DNA from: Azolla caroliniana
Taxonomy: Eukaryota > Plantae > Polypodiophyta
Assembly: GCA_043228905.1 (NCBI GenBank)
Contig: JBHGNT010000018.1
Location: forward strand, 16,120,001-16,184,000
Reading direction: 5' to 3'
DNA length: 64,000 bases
The notes under the pieces were generated by a model. It saw only the letters and a list, made by a program, of their open reading frames with translations, made no database searches and was not told where the DNA came from. Made by a program: the position numbers and the translations under genes. This document shows positions 10,730 through 23,660 of this stretch, in pieces. Within the stretch, counting starts at the first letter, position 1. The number at the start of each line of letters is the position of its first letter.

Positions 10730-13700
10730 CACAGACACACAGAAGCGAGAAGGAGAGATATAGAACGGAACACTTGATTACAATAACAAGAGATTACAAA
10801 CTCCGACATGGGGTCCTACTCACGCACACCGACGATAGCCACACGACTCGAAGAAACAAAAGGGGAAAAAGGGGAGAGAGAGACTCTGCCGGAAGCACAC
10901 GGGCTATCCACGAAGCAGAGGCAGCGAACTCCCGACACCTGCAGAGAACGACGATCGGAGGAGAGAGAACTCGGCACACCGTTTTGCAGCAGCCCTTCGT
11001 CCTCGCCAACGCCCGATATCTTCTCTCCCCTCTCTCTTTTCCTTAAATAGTTCCCATCCCTAGGCAAATCGCCTTATTCCCTGTCCCTTCTAACAGAGAT
11101 ACGCACAATCCCCTAATAAATGTGTACTACTTAGTATTTACATCAGCTGATCCATTTATGAATCATGTACAAAAATCAAAATATCAAAATATCAATTCAC
11201 GCGTTCATCCATGTAAGAGCCGGTTCATGCGCCCTTTTCTCCAATTCTGCCTATGGCCGGTTTTCTTCACGACATCCACCCCCACCAAACCGCGCATCCA
11301 CTGACATGCGCTAGAGATGGGGAGTTACCAAAGAAAACCGGCTTCACTTGTCGCTCTCCGATTCTCTGTCGGGCCCGAACTGATCGTCGTTGTCGCTCCC
11401 GCTCGCAGGCTCCGGCTCGTCTTCGAACCGCTTCTTGAACGCTTTGATCCACTTCCCAGCCATTGACACCGTTAACCGTGTCCCGTAGAGTTCCGCGAGG
11501 TGGTACGTGCCGTTGTCTTTCGCGCTCGTCACCGTGTAGGGCCTGAACCACCTCCTGGCAAACTTTCGCACCGCCTTGTGCTGATTGTCGAGGCTGCTGT
11601 CGTATACCAAGAGCCAGTCGCCTTCCTCGATCTTCTTTGGTCGCAACCGGTGCGTCCGGTTGAACCGAGTCTTGCTCCGCTCCCTTGTCGCTCGCAACTT
11701 TTCCTTCACCCGTTTCACGTCCTCTGGCCTTCGCTCGAGTTGCCGAATCGGCGCCGCCAGCAACTCCTCCCGGCTCATCTCGTCCTTCCAACCTACCACT
11801 GCTCATGAAGAAACCGTTCGTTCCACCGGCATGATCGACTTCTATTTGTACATCAGCTTTGCCAGCATAAACCATGTCACTGAACTGTGCGTAGTTCAGT
11901 TCGTCCATAGTGCGTAATGAAGGAGCCGCGGCCAATTCCCGACCTGCCCTCCGCATGCACGCACCAACGCCTTTACGATCGGCCCGTGCCCACGTTCTAC
12001 CTTTCCGTTCGCCTCCGGATTGTATGCCGTAGTGAAGGAGAGTTTGACGCCTAGCCGGTCGAACAACTCCTCAGCTTCCCGCGCATCCAGCTCTCCCCGG
12101 TTCGCCACGATTTTCCCGACGCACCGGTACCGACACACTACCTCTTCGATCAGGAACCGGCATACCGCCGCAGTTGTCTTGTTCTGCAGTGCACGACCTT
12201 CCACCTGGTTCGTTGAGTCTTCCCGTGCAAGGACCAGGTATCGCATTTGTCCTACTCCCATTGGCATCGTCACCAAGTCCACCATCCACTTGAAATGGAC
12301 TGTAGGCGGGTAGGTCGGGTGTAGCTCGTCCCGGTGTTAGATTATGGAGGGCATCTGGCAGCTTTCGCAAGTCGTTACGAACCAATGCACATCTTGGTAC
12401 AACCCCGGCCACCAGTACTTCTCCTTCAGCTTCTCGAACATGGCCCACGTTCCGCGGTGCCCGACCCAGGGATTCTCGTGAAATGCCGCCAGTAGTTCCT
12501 CCTGTTCTCCTTTCTTTGTCACTACTCGGAGCGGGATGCCGTTTCTCTTCTTTGGGTGCCTCCATATGCACTTGTCCCACAGGAAGAATCGGTACGCCTT
12601 CTTCCGTACCCGGCTTGCCTCTTCTCTTGTCCATGCTGCGTCCAGCGTCATCGTCCGTAGGAACCTCCCGATTTGGAGCCACTCCCCGTCGTACCTGCTT
12701 TTGTCAAATTCGTTAAGCGTCGGAGTGTCCCTTTCCCTTGTCACTACGTTAGCCGACCCGAAGAAGTCCTCGCCGACTTCTTCGTCATCCGAAACCATGC
12801 CGTCTTCGTCGTTGAACCTTGCTCTCGAAAGCATGTCGGCCATGGCGTTATCCTTTCCGGAGATGTGTCGTATCTCCGGGTTCAGGGACTTAATGTACGC
12901 TATCCACCGGAGCATTGCTAGGTCCGGCGTCACGCATCCGGAAACCATCCTGAGTATCGGCAGGCAGTCCGTCTCGATGATCCCCTTCGTCCCGATCAGA
13001 TAGTCCTTGTCGGCCTTGACTGCCAAAACGATACCCCAAAGCTCGCGCTTAACTTGGGCGTATCCTCGTTGCCGTTCGCTCAATACCTTCGTCCCGAACC
13101 GGATCGGGAACCGTATGCCGTCCTTGTCCTCCTGACTGATTACCCACCTGATCCCGGTCGGGCTCGTGTCCACCGTCACGCAAATGGGGACATCCTTGCC
13201 GTAAACCGCTTTTCGGAGAGCCGGTGCTACCGTAAGCGCCTCCTTTAGTCTCCGTACCGACTCTGTGTGCTCCGTCCTCCACTCAAAGCTACGTCCCCTT
13301 TTCAATAGTATGTAGAGGGGTTCCACGACATGTGCGTAGTGCGGGATCCAGATGTGGTAGAACGCTGTCGTGAAGATTTCCGGCTATAGTGTGAAACCGG
13401 GGTGGAATGGGCAAATCGGTGGAGTGCAACATGTGCACGTGTATACTAGGAAATGGTGTGTAGAAAGAAGAGGGGAATTTTATCCCACATTGTAAGGTCC
13501 CCCCTTCCTTGGGCTATAAAAGGAAGGGCGGGGTCACTTATGAGCGGTTGCCTATTTTGAGGGAGAGAGGCATACCACTTAGGTCGAGGGTTTCCTATTC
13601 GGTTTTAGGGTTTCGGTTAGGGTTTTCTTCTTGAGTTTTCTTTTAGGGTTTTCTTATAGTCGTTTGGTGTGGCCATGGCGGCCACCATTGTTGTAATCAT

Positions 13701-13935
13701 TCGCTTGTTTTTAATATAGCTTGTTGTGGATCTTGATTCCATCTATTTTGGTCTACGCTTATGTCCTACTCTTCATCTTCTCATCCAGTGTTAAGCTTCC
13801 ATTTCTCATATCTTATTCTTCTCCTCTACTCCCTAGTCCAAGACCCCCGTGGTCCCGCCCCTTCTACACGCACGTGCGTAACAACGCGACATATTTGGTG
13901 AACCCGACGTGAAGAGGCGGCAAGGGAGGACGGAG

Positions 13936-16022
13936 ATGGAAGAAGACTTCGACTTCGAGGAGATGATGGCAAAGATCGTAATGGATGCGCGAAGGAAAAA
14001 GGCGAGGCGAGATGCGGCTCAACAAGCCGTCGAGAGGGTGGTCTATCGAGTCGACCGATTCAACGGGGACGATGTCCCGAGGTTCTTGGAATCGTACGAT
14101 GCCAAGATGACGGAGTGGGGCGTGGATGAAGCGATGTGGCTAGAGTATTTTCGTCGAGTGGCGGCCGTATCGATGCATAAAGAGGTCAAGGAGCTTCAAG
14201 AAGCTCACGAGTCGTGGGAGTCCTTCAAGGAGCTTTAATGGAGGCATACGAATACGCGAAACCAAAGTGGGTATGCCGGCAATATGATGGGGAGCGGTCG
14301 GCAACGACTTGGCCCGCGAGGGACGGAAAAGAGAGGGTGGTGGGCGGCTACACACCACCGCCGGAAAAGAGCTTGATGCGCGATCAACCGGAGGAGTACG
14401 ACTTCGAGGTGTTGGTATGGGAGGCGTGCGAGAGCGTGAAGGTAAAGTTCGAAGCCGAGGAAGGGCTTATTATGGAGTTGGGCCCAAGCGGATCGAAGGA
14501 TGCCGAGGAAGAAGCCTCCCTACGCGTGGAGGACGGGGCCTATGCTGAGGCCGAAAGAGCGTGCGACGGCGACATGGGAGAAGGTGCTGAGCAAGCGACC
14601 CTCTTGTCTTGTGGTGAAGGGATGACCATGGAGGCCGGTAACTACGGATTCGGGACATGGCGGCCCAAAACATCGAGTGAGGAGGAGACAAGCGGCGGTG
14701 CCACGACCTTACACACACCGGTCCTAGAGACTCCGGCATCCGGCCCGAGAGCCGGTGTGGGACCTAGAGTGACGGATGGTGGCGGCGGCAAAGCGGGCAA
14801 CCGAGACGACGACATGGAAGAGACGGTGGCAAGCGTAATTGAGGCTCGTGCAATTGGAGGCGGGGTAGCAGTGGATAACGACATCTGGATGGAGGCGGCT
14901 ACGGACACAACGAGCGGCGGTGTCGGGTCCTTACCCACACCGGTCCTAGAGGCTCCGGCGGCCAGCCCGAGTGCCGCCATGAGACCTAGAGCGACGGGCG
15001 GTGGCGGCAGCAAGGCGGGCAACCACGACGGCGAGAACAACGAGGAAGAGGTGGTGGCAAGCGTAAACGGAGATGGGGTAGCCACGGACGACGATGACCG
15101 AATGGAGGTGGCTACGAACGAAACGAGTGGCGGTGCCAGGTCCTTACCCACACCAGTCCTAGAGGCACCGACGGTCGGCCTGAGTGCCAACGTGAGACCT
15201 AGAGCGACAAGTGGTGGCGGCGACAAGGAGGGCAACCAAGACAACGGAAAGGAAAGCAAGGAAGAAGGGGCCGCAAGCATAATCGAGGCTTGCGGAATCG
15301 GAGATGGGGGAGCCGCGGACAACGACATCCGGACGGAGGCGGCTACAGCAACGACGAGCGGAGGTGCCGGGACCTTACTCACACCAGCCCTAGAGGCTCT
15401 GGCGGTCGGCCTGAGAGCCCATGTGAGACCTAGAGCGACGGGCGGTGGCGGCGGCAAAGCGGACAATCGAAACAACGACGAGGAAGGTCATAGCGGACGG
15501 AGGAGAGACCCCTCGACACCGAAACCAGAGACTACGGCGGTTGTGCTCGAATGCCAACATAAGACCGGAGAGAAGGATGGTGGCCATGAGGAGGCATGGC
15601 CGGGAGCGGACACGTGCGAAGATGAGGATGTGAGGCCCAGAACGGGCATATACAAGAGGACCGACGGAGAGGTCGGGAGCGGCAAGGAGGAGAGAGTCGG
15701 AAACCGACCCGACCGGAAGATGAACCGGTCGATAATCCGACATGACCGGAAGACGAGGCGGAAGAAGATTGGAGTGGGGTCTGGTCAACCGGGCCCGAAC
15801 CGAAGAGATGGCGGCAGTTGCGGATCAACAGAAGACGAAAGAGACGGCGGGTGGTGGCGAGGACTCGGAGACCGGAACGGACGAGGCTACCGGAACGGGT
15901 ACCCGGTGCGTGAAGACGGTCGAGCACGGCCCAGATGGCGAGCCGGAGTCGGAAGGGGCTACAACAACAAAGGACGAAGAGACCGACGCGAAGGTTGGGA
16001 CTACGGCGGGAGAAGCGTGTAA
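13936..16022 (+). pseudogene. E3 Gag N-terminal domain joined by a 1-nt frameshift near 14232 to a repeat-rich acidic ORF
   Basis: AVERVV...FNGDDVPRFLESY...W aligns with the G1 and G6 Gag N-termini. Continues as ALMEAYEY in ORF 14214-16022, which has four LPTPVLEAP repeats. Confidence 0.7.
14685..15480 (+). repeat. E3 tandem repeat array 1 (4 units; periods 222, 213, 231 bp)
   Basis: Anchor CCTAGAG at 14723, 14945, 15158 and 15389. Confidence 0.92.
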
Positions 16023-16099
16023 CACGAAGCATGCATTACGACGTAGAACGGAGCGTGCACGACGGCCGGCGAAGGGCCAAGAAGCAAGGATGCACCTGG

Positions 16100-17365
16100 A
16101 AGAGCGGCAACGAGTGACCGGCAACGGTGGACCAGTCGAGCCTTTGAGAGGCAAGCACGCGGCAAGAGACGGAGTGGTGAGTTGCCGGGATCGGCGGATG
16201 AACGACAAGGGCGGAGGATGATGCGTGGAGAGCAAAGAACTACGCGCCAGGGAGAGAAAAAGCGGCGTCCCGGAGGACGTGCGGGGCCAAGCGGGCCAAG
16301 AGGATGCGAGTCGGGATGAAGCGGTAACGAGGGCCGTGAAGAACCCCGATATGAAGGTCGAGATGACGATACGCTCTACTACAAGAGAGCACGGAGAGCA
16401 AGGGAGAATCGAGGTGCGCGTAATGGGGTCACCTAAGGACCAAAGAATGAGCGTGCATTCGGAGGAGCCGCAACGAGTGACCGCCGATGACGGTCGGAGG
16501 AAGCCTTCGAGAGGCAAGCGTGGGACAACAGACGGTGCGACGAGACGCCAAGATTGACGGAACAAGACGGGCGGGATTGGCATGAACGAAGGGGATGCGC
16601 GGAGAACAACGGGGTACACACCGGGAAGAGAAAGCGCGGCGGCTTCCCGGAGGGCATACAAGGCCAAGCGGGCCAAGAGTGCGCAAGTCGAGGCGAGGCG
16701 GTAACGAGAGCCTTGAGGGACACCGACACGGAGGTCGGGATGACGGTACGCTCTACGACGAGAGAGCACGACGGGCAAAGGAGAGGGAAGGAACGCGGAA
16801 TGGGGTCGCCTAAGGGCCAAAGAATGAGCGCATATTCGGGGTACAACATCGGCGCACGAGAAGAGCCTATGGAAGGCAAGCGCGGAGCAGGAAGAGTCGA
16901 CACGCTGAGGTGTTCGGCATGCGGAGACGATAAAACCAAAGGAGGAACATACGCGGCACGAAAGGGGCGGAATCCGGAGTGCGATCAGAGAGTTCGGGAG
17001 CGCACCCAGAGGACATATGAGCCTTTGCAAGGAATGCACGCGGCGAGAGACGGAGCGGTGAGGTGCCAGTATCGACGGATGATCTGCAAACATGGAAGGC
17101 TATGTCTTGAGAACCGGAGGAGGTGCGTGGAGAGCAACGGGCTACGCGCCGGGAAGAGGAAGCGCGGCGTCCGGGAAGGCATGCAAGGCCAAGCGGGCCA
17201 AGAGGATGACAGTTGGGATGAAGTGGTGACGGGAGTCGTGAAGGACATTGACATGGTGGTCGGGATGACAGTACACTCTACGGCGAGAGGGCTCGACGAG
17301 CGAGGGAGAAGCAAGGAGCGTGTAACGGGGTCACGTAAGGACCAAAGCACGAGCGCGCATTGGAT
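16100..17365 (+). repeat. E3 repeat array 2 (3 units; periods 377 and 525 bp)
   Basis: Anchor GGCCAAGCGGGCCAAGA at 16285, 16662 and 17187. Peptide unit GQAGQE...MTVRSTTRE...GSPKDQ. Confidence 0.88.
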
Positions 17366-20300
17366 GGACGACAACGACGCACAGAAAGTGCATACCGAAG
17401 CCGAGCGCAGAACGAAGGGAGTCAGTACGAGGTGTTCGGGGCAAGGAGAAGGTCGAGCCGGAGGTGGAACACACGTGATACGCGAGGAGCGGCACTCGGC
17501 GAGCAATCGAAGTAATCGGGGGTCTAACCGGAGGACATGCGTGGTGAGCGAAGGAAGGGAGACCAGATCGGCAACGGTGTTCGGGATGGCCGGTCGAAGA
17601 AGAAGGTGTGTGCACCGGACATGGTGGATCGGATGGAGCCGGCGGGTCGGGGCCGGTAAGGAGCCGGCAAGGGACCGGCAAGACGGTTGGGTGCCGGTAA
17701 GGCGAAAGACCCGGTTGATCACCGTCGCCGAAATCTTTCACCCTTTTCCTTTCTTGGCACATACCGGTGGATCTGCGGTTTGGTGGGGGTGGATGTCGTG
17801 AAGATTTCCGGCTATAGTGTGAAACCGGGGTGGAATGGGCAAATTGGTGGAGTGCAACATGTGCACGTGTATACTAGGAAATGGTGTGTAGAAAGAAAAG
17901 GGGAATTTTATCCCACATTGTAAGGTCCCCCCTTCCTTGGGCTATAAAAGGAAGGGGGGGGTCACTTATGAGCGGTTGCCTATTTTGAGGGAGAGAGGCA
18001 TACCACCTAGGTCGAGGGTTTCCTATTCGGATTTAGGGTTTCAGTTAGGGTTTTCTTCTTGAGTTTTCTTTTAGGGTTTTCTTATAGTCGTTTGGTGTGG
18101 CCATGGCGGCCACCATTGTTGTAATCATTCCCTTGTTTTTAATATAACTTGTTGTGGATCTTGCTTCCATCTATTTTGGTCTATGCTTATGTGCTACTCT
18201 TTATCTTCTCATCCGGTGTTAAGCTTCCATTTCTCATATCTTATTCTTCTCCTCTACTCCCTAGTCCAAGACCCCTGTGGTCCTGCCCCTTCTACACACA
18301 CGCGCGTAACAACGCGACAACGCGCATGCACCCAAGAATCCGCGGACCTCCGTAACTGACCCGCAATCGTTCCTCATCGCGGAGATGGCCTCTACCTTTG
18401 CCGGAGTGGTTTCCTACCGTAAGGCCCGCACAGGTGTCCGACCACCAGGATCTCCGACTGCCTGAACGCTGATTTTTCTCTAGAGAAGGTGAGTCGTGCT
18501 TTTTCGAGCCTCTGTAGCACCTTCTCGCAGTCGTTGATGTGGTTCACGATGAACCTCCGGCATCCGTCTATCCCGACAGTCTCGTCCGCATCTTCCACCG
18601 GACACCCCTTTATCGGGATGTCGTCCAAAAATGGCATGGTGATATCCGGGATGCAGTCCCTTAGCACCTTGTTCATTGCATTCACCATATGCGCCACCGA
18701 ATTTGTCCCTCCTTGTTGTAGGGTACACATTCGTACCAAGCCGAGAGGAGTTCGCATCGTCGTGATATCCCTGCTCTCCACGGCTAGCTGGAACTGGTTG
18801 TACCCCGAGTATAAGTCACCGACCGAATAGATCGATCTTCCAGCGAAGGCCTCCGCGAACTCGTCTATGGTCGGTCCGATTCCTGCATTACGGATGGTCA
18901 CCCTATTGACCGGTTGCAGGTCCTGAATGAAGCGTAGCGTGCCATTCTTCTTTGGCACCGTAAACCACCGATTCGAATATGGGGCACTGGACGGTTCGAG
19001 GATGCCCATCTCCACCTTCTGCTTCAGAAGCTCCATCAACTTCGGGATGTGAGCTCTCGGCACCGGAATCGGTTTGAGATTCAATGGTACATGCGGTACC
19101 GTGAAGATCACCATCGGTTAGACAATCGTCGGGTCCACACACCCGATCTCCTCCGGCAAGAACACGAAGGCTTTCCCATGCCTTCCGAGCATTCTCCGAA
19201 ACTTGTCCTCCTCCGCCGGCAGTAGGAAGCCACCCCCACCGACCTTGAGCTCCTGTAGCGTTATTGTAAAAAGTAGCGTGCGGAAGCAAGTATGAAGACC
19301 GAACAGAAGGAAGAAGACTCAGGTTTAATGGAGAGCTTGAGCTTACGCAATGTACGCGGGAGAGACAGAGAGGGTGAGAGAGAGAGAAGACACAAACTAT
19401 ATTCAACAACAAAAACTCGCAATCTCTATTCACCACACTCTATACATATGTGTGTTCAATGAACACTTTTATACAAGTCCTAGAAGGACTGATAGTACTT
19501 CAATGCTCATTAAGAGCTCCTACACTAACTCCCAAATATATTCCTCACGGAATATCTTCCCTAACGGCCTCCCGGTTTACTCATTCGGCCTAACCGATCG
19601 GTCCCAACCGATCCGCTCCTCGGCTTCTTCAGCCGATCCGGCCGATGTTGAGCTTGTCTCTCAACACTCCCCCTCAAGCTCAACTTGAGGCTCTTCGGGA
19701 TCTTCGGGCTCACAGCTCCGGTTCCTCCTAGCTTCACGCCTCGCTCGCGCTCCTCGACCTGTTCAACTCCGCGCGCTTCGACCCTTCCGGTCGGCTTGTC
19801 TGCTCATGTGGCCCTTATCAGCTCTTCTGCTATTGCGGTGTTGATGCTTCTTCTGCTGCCTTTTCTTCCGCTCTGGCCTCAGTTGATTCAGCGTATTTGA
19901 ATCAAACATCGGAACCGACTCGGCTACCTCCGATCGGTTTTCACTCTCGTCCGAGTTGGCTGTCTCCAACTCGTCTTCGGTCTTCTCGCCCTCGATGGCG
20001 TCATCTTCCCCATGCGTGGTTGGTTTCGGCTCTCTCCTTCAGTTGCTCCCCTTCTGTCTGCTTCTGGACTTTTCCACGGGTCTGCCCTCGACTTCTTCAG
20101 CCGATCCGAAGTCGAACTCGACAACCGACTCGGTGTCGCGGTCTCTGCTCCTTTCCTGTTGCCTTGCTTGGTCGTTCGGGACTGTTCTCCCCCTCAAGTT
20201 TGGCATGTCGAGGTGACGCAATCCGAGCGCACCGGAGAAATGCCGCAACTTGTCTAGACCAAGAGGCTTAGTGAAGATGTCGGCAGTCTGCCGATCCGTC

Positions 20301-20581
20301 GGCACGTACTGAAGTTCGACTTCACCAGAAAGGACACACTCACGAACGAAATGGTAGTGCACCTCAATGTGCTTGGTCCGTGCATGGAAAACGGGGTTTT
20401 TCGCGAGCTGGATGCTGCTGAGGTTGTCGCAGTAGATCGTCGTTGGATCTGACACCTCCTCTTGCAGGTCCTTAAGTAGCCGCTTCAACCATATGGCTTC
20501 GCATGTCGCGACAACCGCTCCTCGGTACTCAGCTTCGGTGCTCGATAGTGCAACTGTCGGCTACTTCTTACTGCTCCACGC

Positions 20582-21230
20582 TGTCGAGGTATTCCTCGCG
20601 GATGCGTGGAATGAGGCGGGACCTCGGGGGTCTTGCACCGAAAAGCAAGAGAGAAAGGTGAAGGGGAGGGACCCACTACGTGCGAGCGTAGATTCACAGG
20701 GACACGGCCCTTTGACACAAAGACGCGAGTGGGACACCGACACAGAGAGACACGAATGTATGTATATATATATTAACAAAGACAAACAACAAGAAGCACG
20801 AAGTCGGTTACAACTGAACAGGCCGGCGAACAGATGCGGATGCCTGTTCGTAAACGCACAGAAAGAAAGGAGTAGGTTGGAGGTGCTGCCGGAAGCACCC
20901 GGGCATTCCTCAGAGCAGCGCGAGCCTCCCGAAACCTGCACAGAAAGAAGCTACGGAGTTTTGGAAGAGAGAGAAGCCTTCGGCCGACAACCCGACAACA
21001 CTTCGTCCTCTCTATCGTTGATCCCCCCTTTTCTCCTCCTGTTCTTCGTCCTTTTTATAGGCAAGAAACGAGCCATTTCCCATTAACTTCCTCCCTACCG
21101 AATCTACCTACCTAGGATCTTCTATGTACCTAATTCTCTCTTATGTACAACATAAGGTGTATGTGCATGAAGAGCCGGTTCCTACGCTCCGGTGCACTGA
21201 TTCCGCTTGTGGACGGTTTTCTTCACGACA
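20582..21230 (-). mobile_element. Solo LTR (Trp group) in CopC RNase H
   Basis: TGTCG...CGACA, TSD ACGC at 20578-20581 and 21231-21234. U3 end resembles E2 and G5. Confidence 0.92.
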
Positions 21231-21234
21231 ACGC

Positions 21235-23660
21235 GATCGCGGCACTCCCAAGGGAGAACGCGTATCCGGACGTGGATCGGCGGCGTTGCCAGCCCAATCA
21301 GCATCGATGTAGCCGACTAACTGCGCGGCTGCACCGGTCCGATATAGTAGTCCGCGGTCCTTAGTGCCGTTGACATACCGAAGTATGCATTGCGCACATT
21401 GAAGGTGCTCCTCGGTAGGTCGCGCCATGAACTGACTGATCACTTCGACCGGATAACTAAGGTCGGGTCGGGTGATGGTCAAGTATATGAGGCTTCCGAC
21501 AACTTGTCGGAACCTCGTCGAGTCGCATACCTTTCCCGTATCGGGACGAAGCTTGACGGTTCTGTCCAGAGGAGTCGAGACGGACTTACAGTCGGCCATC
21601 CCGAATTTGAAGAGCATACTCAACACGTAATGACGTTGGCTGATCAATATGCCTTCGGGGGTACGGATCACTTCGATCCCGAGGAAGTAATGAAGGTCCC
21701 CTAGATCCTTCATGGTAAACAATGCCGCAAGCTGGAGCTTTACGCGGTTGATTTCACCTAGGTCGGCGCCGGTGATGACCAAGTCATCAACATATAGTAA
21801 AATACTAACCGGTCCGAGTCGACCTTTCCGAATGAACAGGGAAGAGTCCGATTTTGACGCGACGAAGCCCATCTGACGCAGTTGTTGCGTGATCTTCGCG
21901 TTCCAGGCACGCGGGGCTTGCTTTAGTCCGTAAAGGGACTTCTTCAGTCGGCATACTGCCGAGGAGTTCGTTCCGGAGTGAAATCCGGGGGGTTGTACCA
22001 TGTACACCTGTTCCTCAAGGTCACCTTGCAGGAACGCATTCTTTACATCCATCTGATGTAAGTGCCACCCCTTCACCGCAGCTACTGCGAGCAAAACACG
22101 GATGGTCGTCATTTTTGCGACCGGCGCAAACGTCTCATCGTAGTCGATGCCATGTTTCTGCGCGTAGCCCTTTGCCACTAGCCGAGCCTTGTACCGGTTG
22201 ACCGAGCCATCAGTGTTGTACTTGACCTTGTACACCCACCTACACTCGATCCGCTTCACACCCTTTGGTGCGTCAACCAGGTCCCAGGTCTCGTTCTCCA
22301 CCAACGCGTGCATCTCTTCCTCCATCGCGACACGCCAATTCGCATCTTTAGCTGCTTCTGCGTAGCTCTCCGGCTCACGCACTTCCGCTACAAGGGTCAT
22401 GTACGCATAATGATGTGCCATGTACTCGTTGTATCCGAACCGCAAAACAGGATTCTTCTGGCGGGTAGACCGGCGTAATCTCACATTAGCCGATGTCGAG
22501 GCCTTCTCGGTCGACGCGGTCTTCACCTTTAAAGACCCGTCACCGGTTCCCTCGGAGTCGGACTCGTGTCGGTCTAACTCGTTCCTATCCGTGCCAGAAT
22601 CCGACACCTTCCTTTTCCCTTTCTCTTTGCGCGTAAGCCGTCTCCTCGGCTTCCTGTGCGGGGAATGCACGGCCGAGTCTCCACTACTCGCCGGCTCTTC
22701 ATCGGGCTGGTCGTACCGACTCAGTCGTCCAATCGGTCCACTTAAACGGAGTGAAATCGGACTCTCTTCGCGGGTCTCGATTTCGGGCTCTTTCGGAGGC
22801 ATCTCGGCCTCGCTGACCTCATCGTTAGAACTCGGATTGGAGTTGGGATTCGGAATCAGGGGCAGGTACCAGGACGCGGACTCGTCAAACACAATGTCGC
22901 GGCTGACACGCGCTTGTTTGGTGCGAGGGTTATAGCACTTATAACCCTTCTGCTCTTCCGAGTAACCGACCAAGATGCATTTCTCGGCCTTGGCGTCCAG
23001 CTTCCTCCGTTTCTCCTTCGGTACATGCACATACGCAATGCTACCGAACACCCTCAAGTGTCGCAAGTTCAGCTTCGTTCCGAAATATAGCTCGTGTGCC
23101 GACACTTTGTCTCCGATCCGGTTCTGGATGTATACCGCGGTCCTTACCGCCTCGGCCCAGTAGAACTTGGGCAAGCTCTTCTCCTCCAGCATTGCTCGTG
23201 CCGCTTCCACAACTGACCGATTCTTCCTCTTGGCCACGCCGTTCTGCTCCGGCGTGTATCTACAACTGAATTCGCGCTGAATTCCCATTTTTTGTAGGTA
23301 ACCGTTGAATTGACTAGAAAAATACTCTTTCCCACCATTCGACCACAGGCACTTGATCTTTCGTCCCGTTTCCATTTCCACAAACACTTTGAGGTCCTGG
23401 AAACAGACGAAGACTTCGTTCTTCCTCTCAATGAGGTAGATCCACGTGTGCCGCGTGTGGTCGTCGATGAAGGAGACGAAATATCGGCTCCCGCCAAAAC
23501 TAACGTTTTGTGCCGGCCCCCATACATCGGAGTGTATAAGGTCCAGCTTGTTCCAGCTCCGGTTTCGCTCGTTGGGGAAGGGAAGTCGGTGTTGCTTCCC
23601 GAGATGGAAGGCTTCACAAATTTGTGCCTTTCGGCCACTAAATTTGGGCAATCCGAACAC
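21235..23660 (-). pseudogene. pol: CopC integrase-RT segment
   Basis: HSDVWGP, TPEQNG, QMDVKNAFL and LYVDD in one frame. Flanked by frameshifts. Confidence 0.92.

Larger units (their letters stand above)
13366..18319 (+). mobile_element. E3: non-autonomous Trp-group LTR element lacking pol
   Basis: 526-bp LTRs at 13366-13891 and 17794-18319. TSD ACGC at 13362-13365 and 18320-18323. Trp PBS 13896-13913. Group-typical hairpin and PPT at 17757-17793. No PR, RT, RH or INT motifs. Confidence 0.95.
10623..19253 (-). mobile_element. E2: Trp-group Ty3/gypsy, 3' LTR plus degraded pol; gag and 5' LTR not found
   Basis: 3' LTR 10623-11274 with PPT adjacent. Integrase about 11344-12400, RNase H to 13365, RT 18324-19253. 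Flank ACGT at 10619-10622. Split by E3 and cut by CopC. Confidence 0.92.

Noticed and set aside
13835-13862. U5 motif ACC-CCCGT-GGT-CCCGCC resembling P3/L3 of HDV-like ribozymes
   Set aside because: The loop is 5 nt instead of about 7, there is no GG for P1.1, and I found no convincing P2/P4 or catalytic junction.
14642-17722. Long antisense ORFs in E3 (277, 422 and 245 aa) as env-like or extra genes
   Set aside because: They are low-complexity shadows of a GC-rich repeat region with no recognisable domain; they cannot be excluded without expression data.
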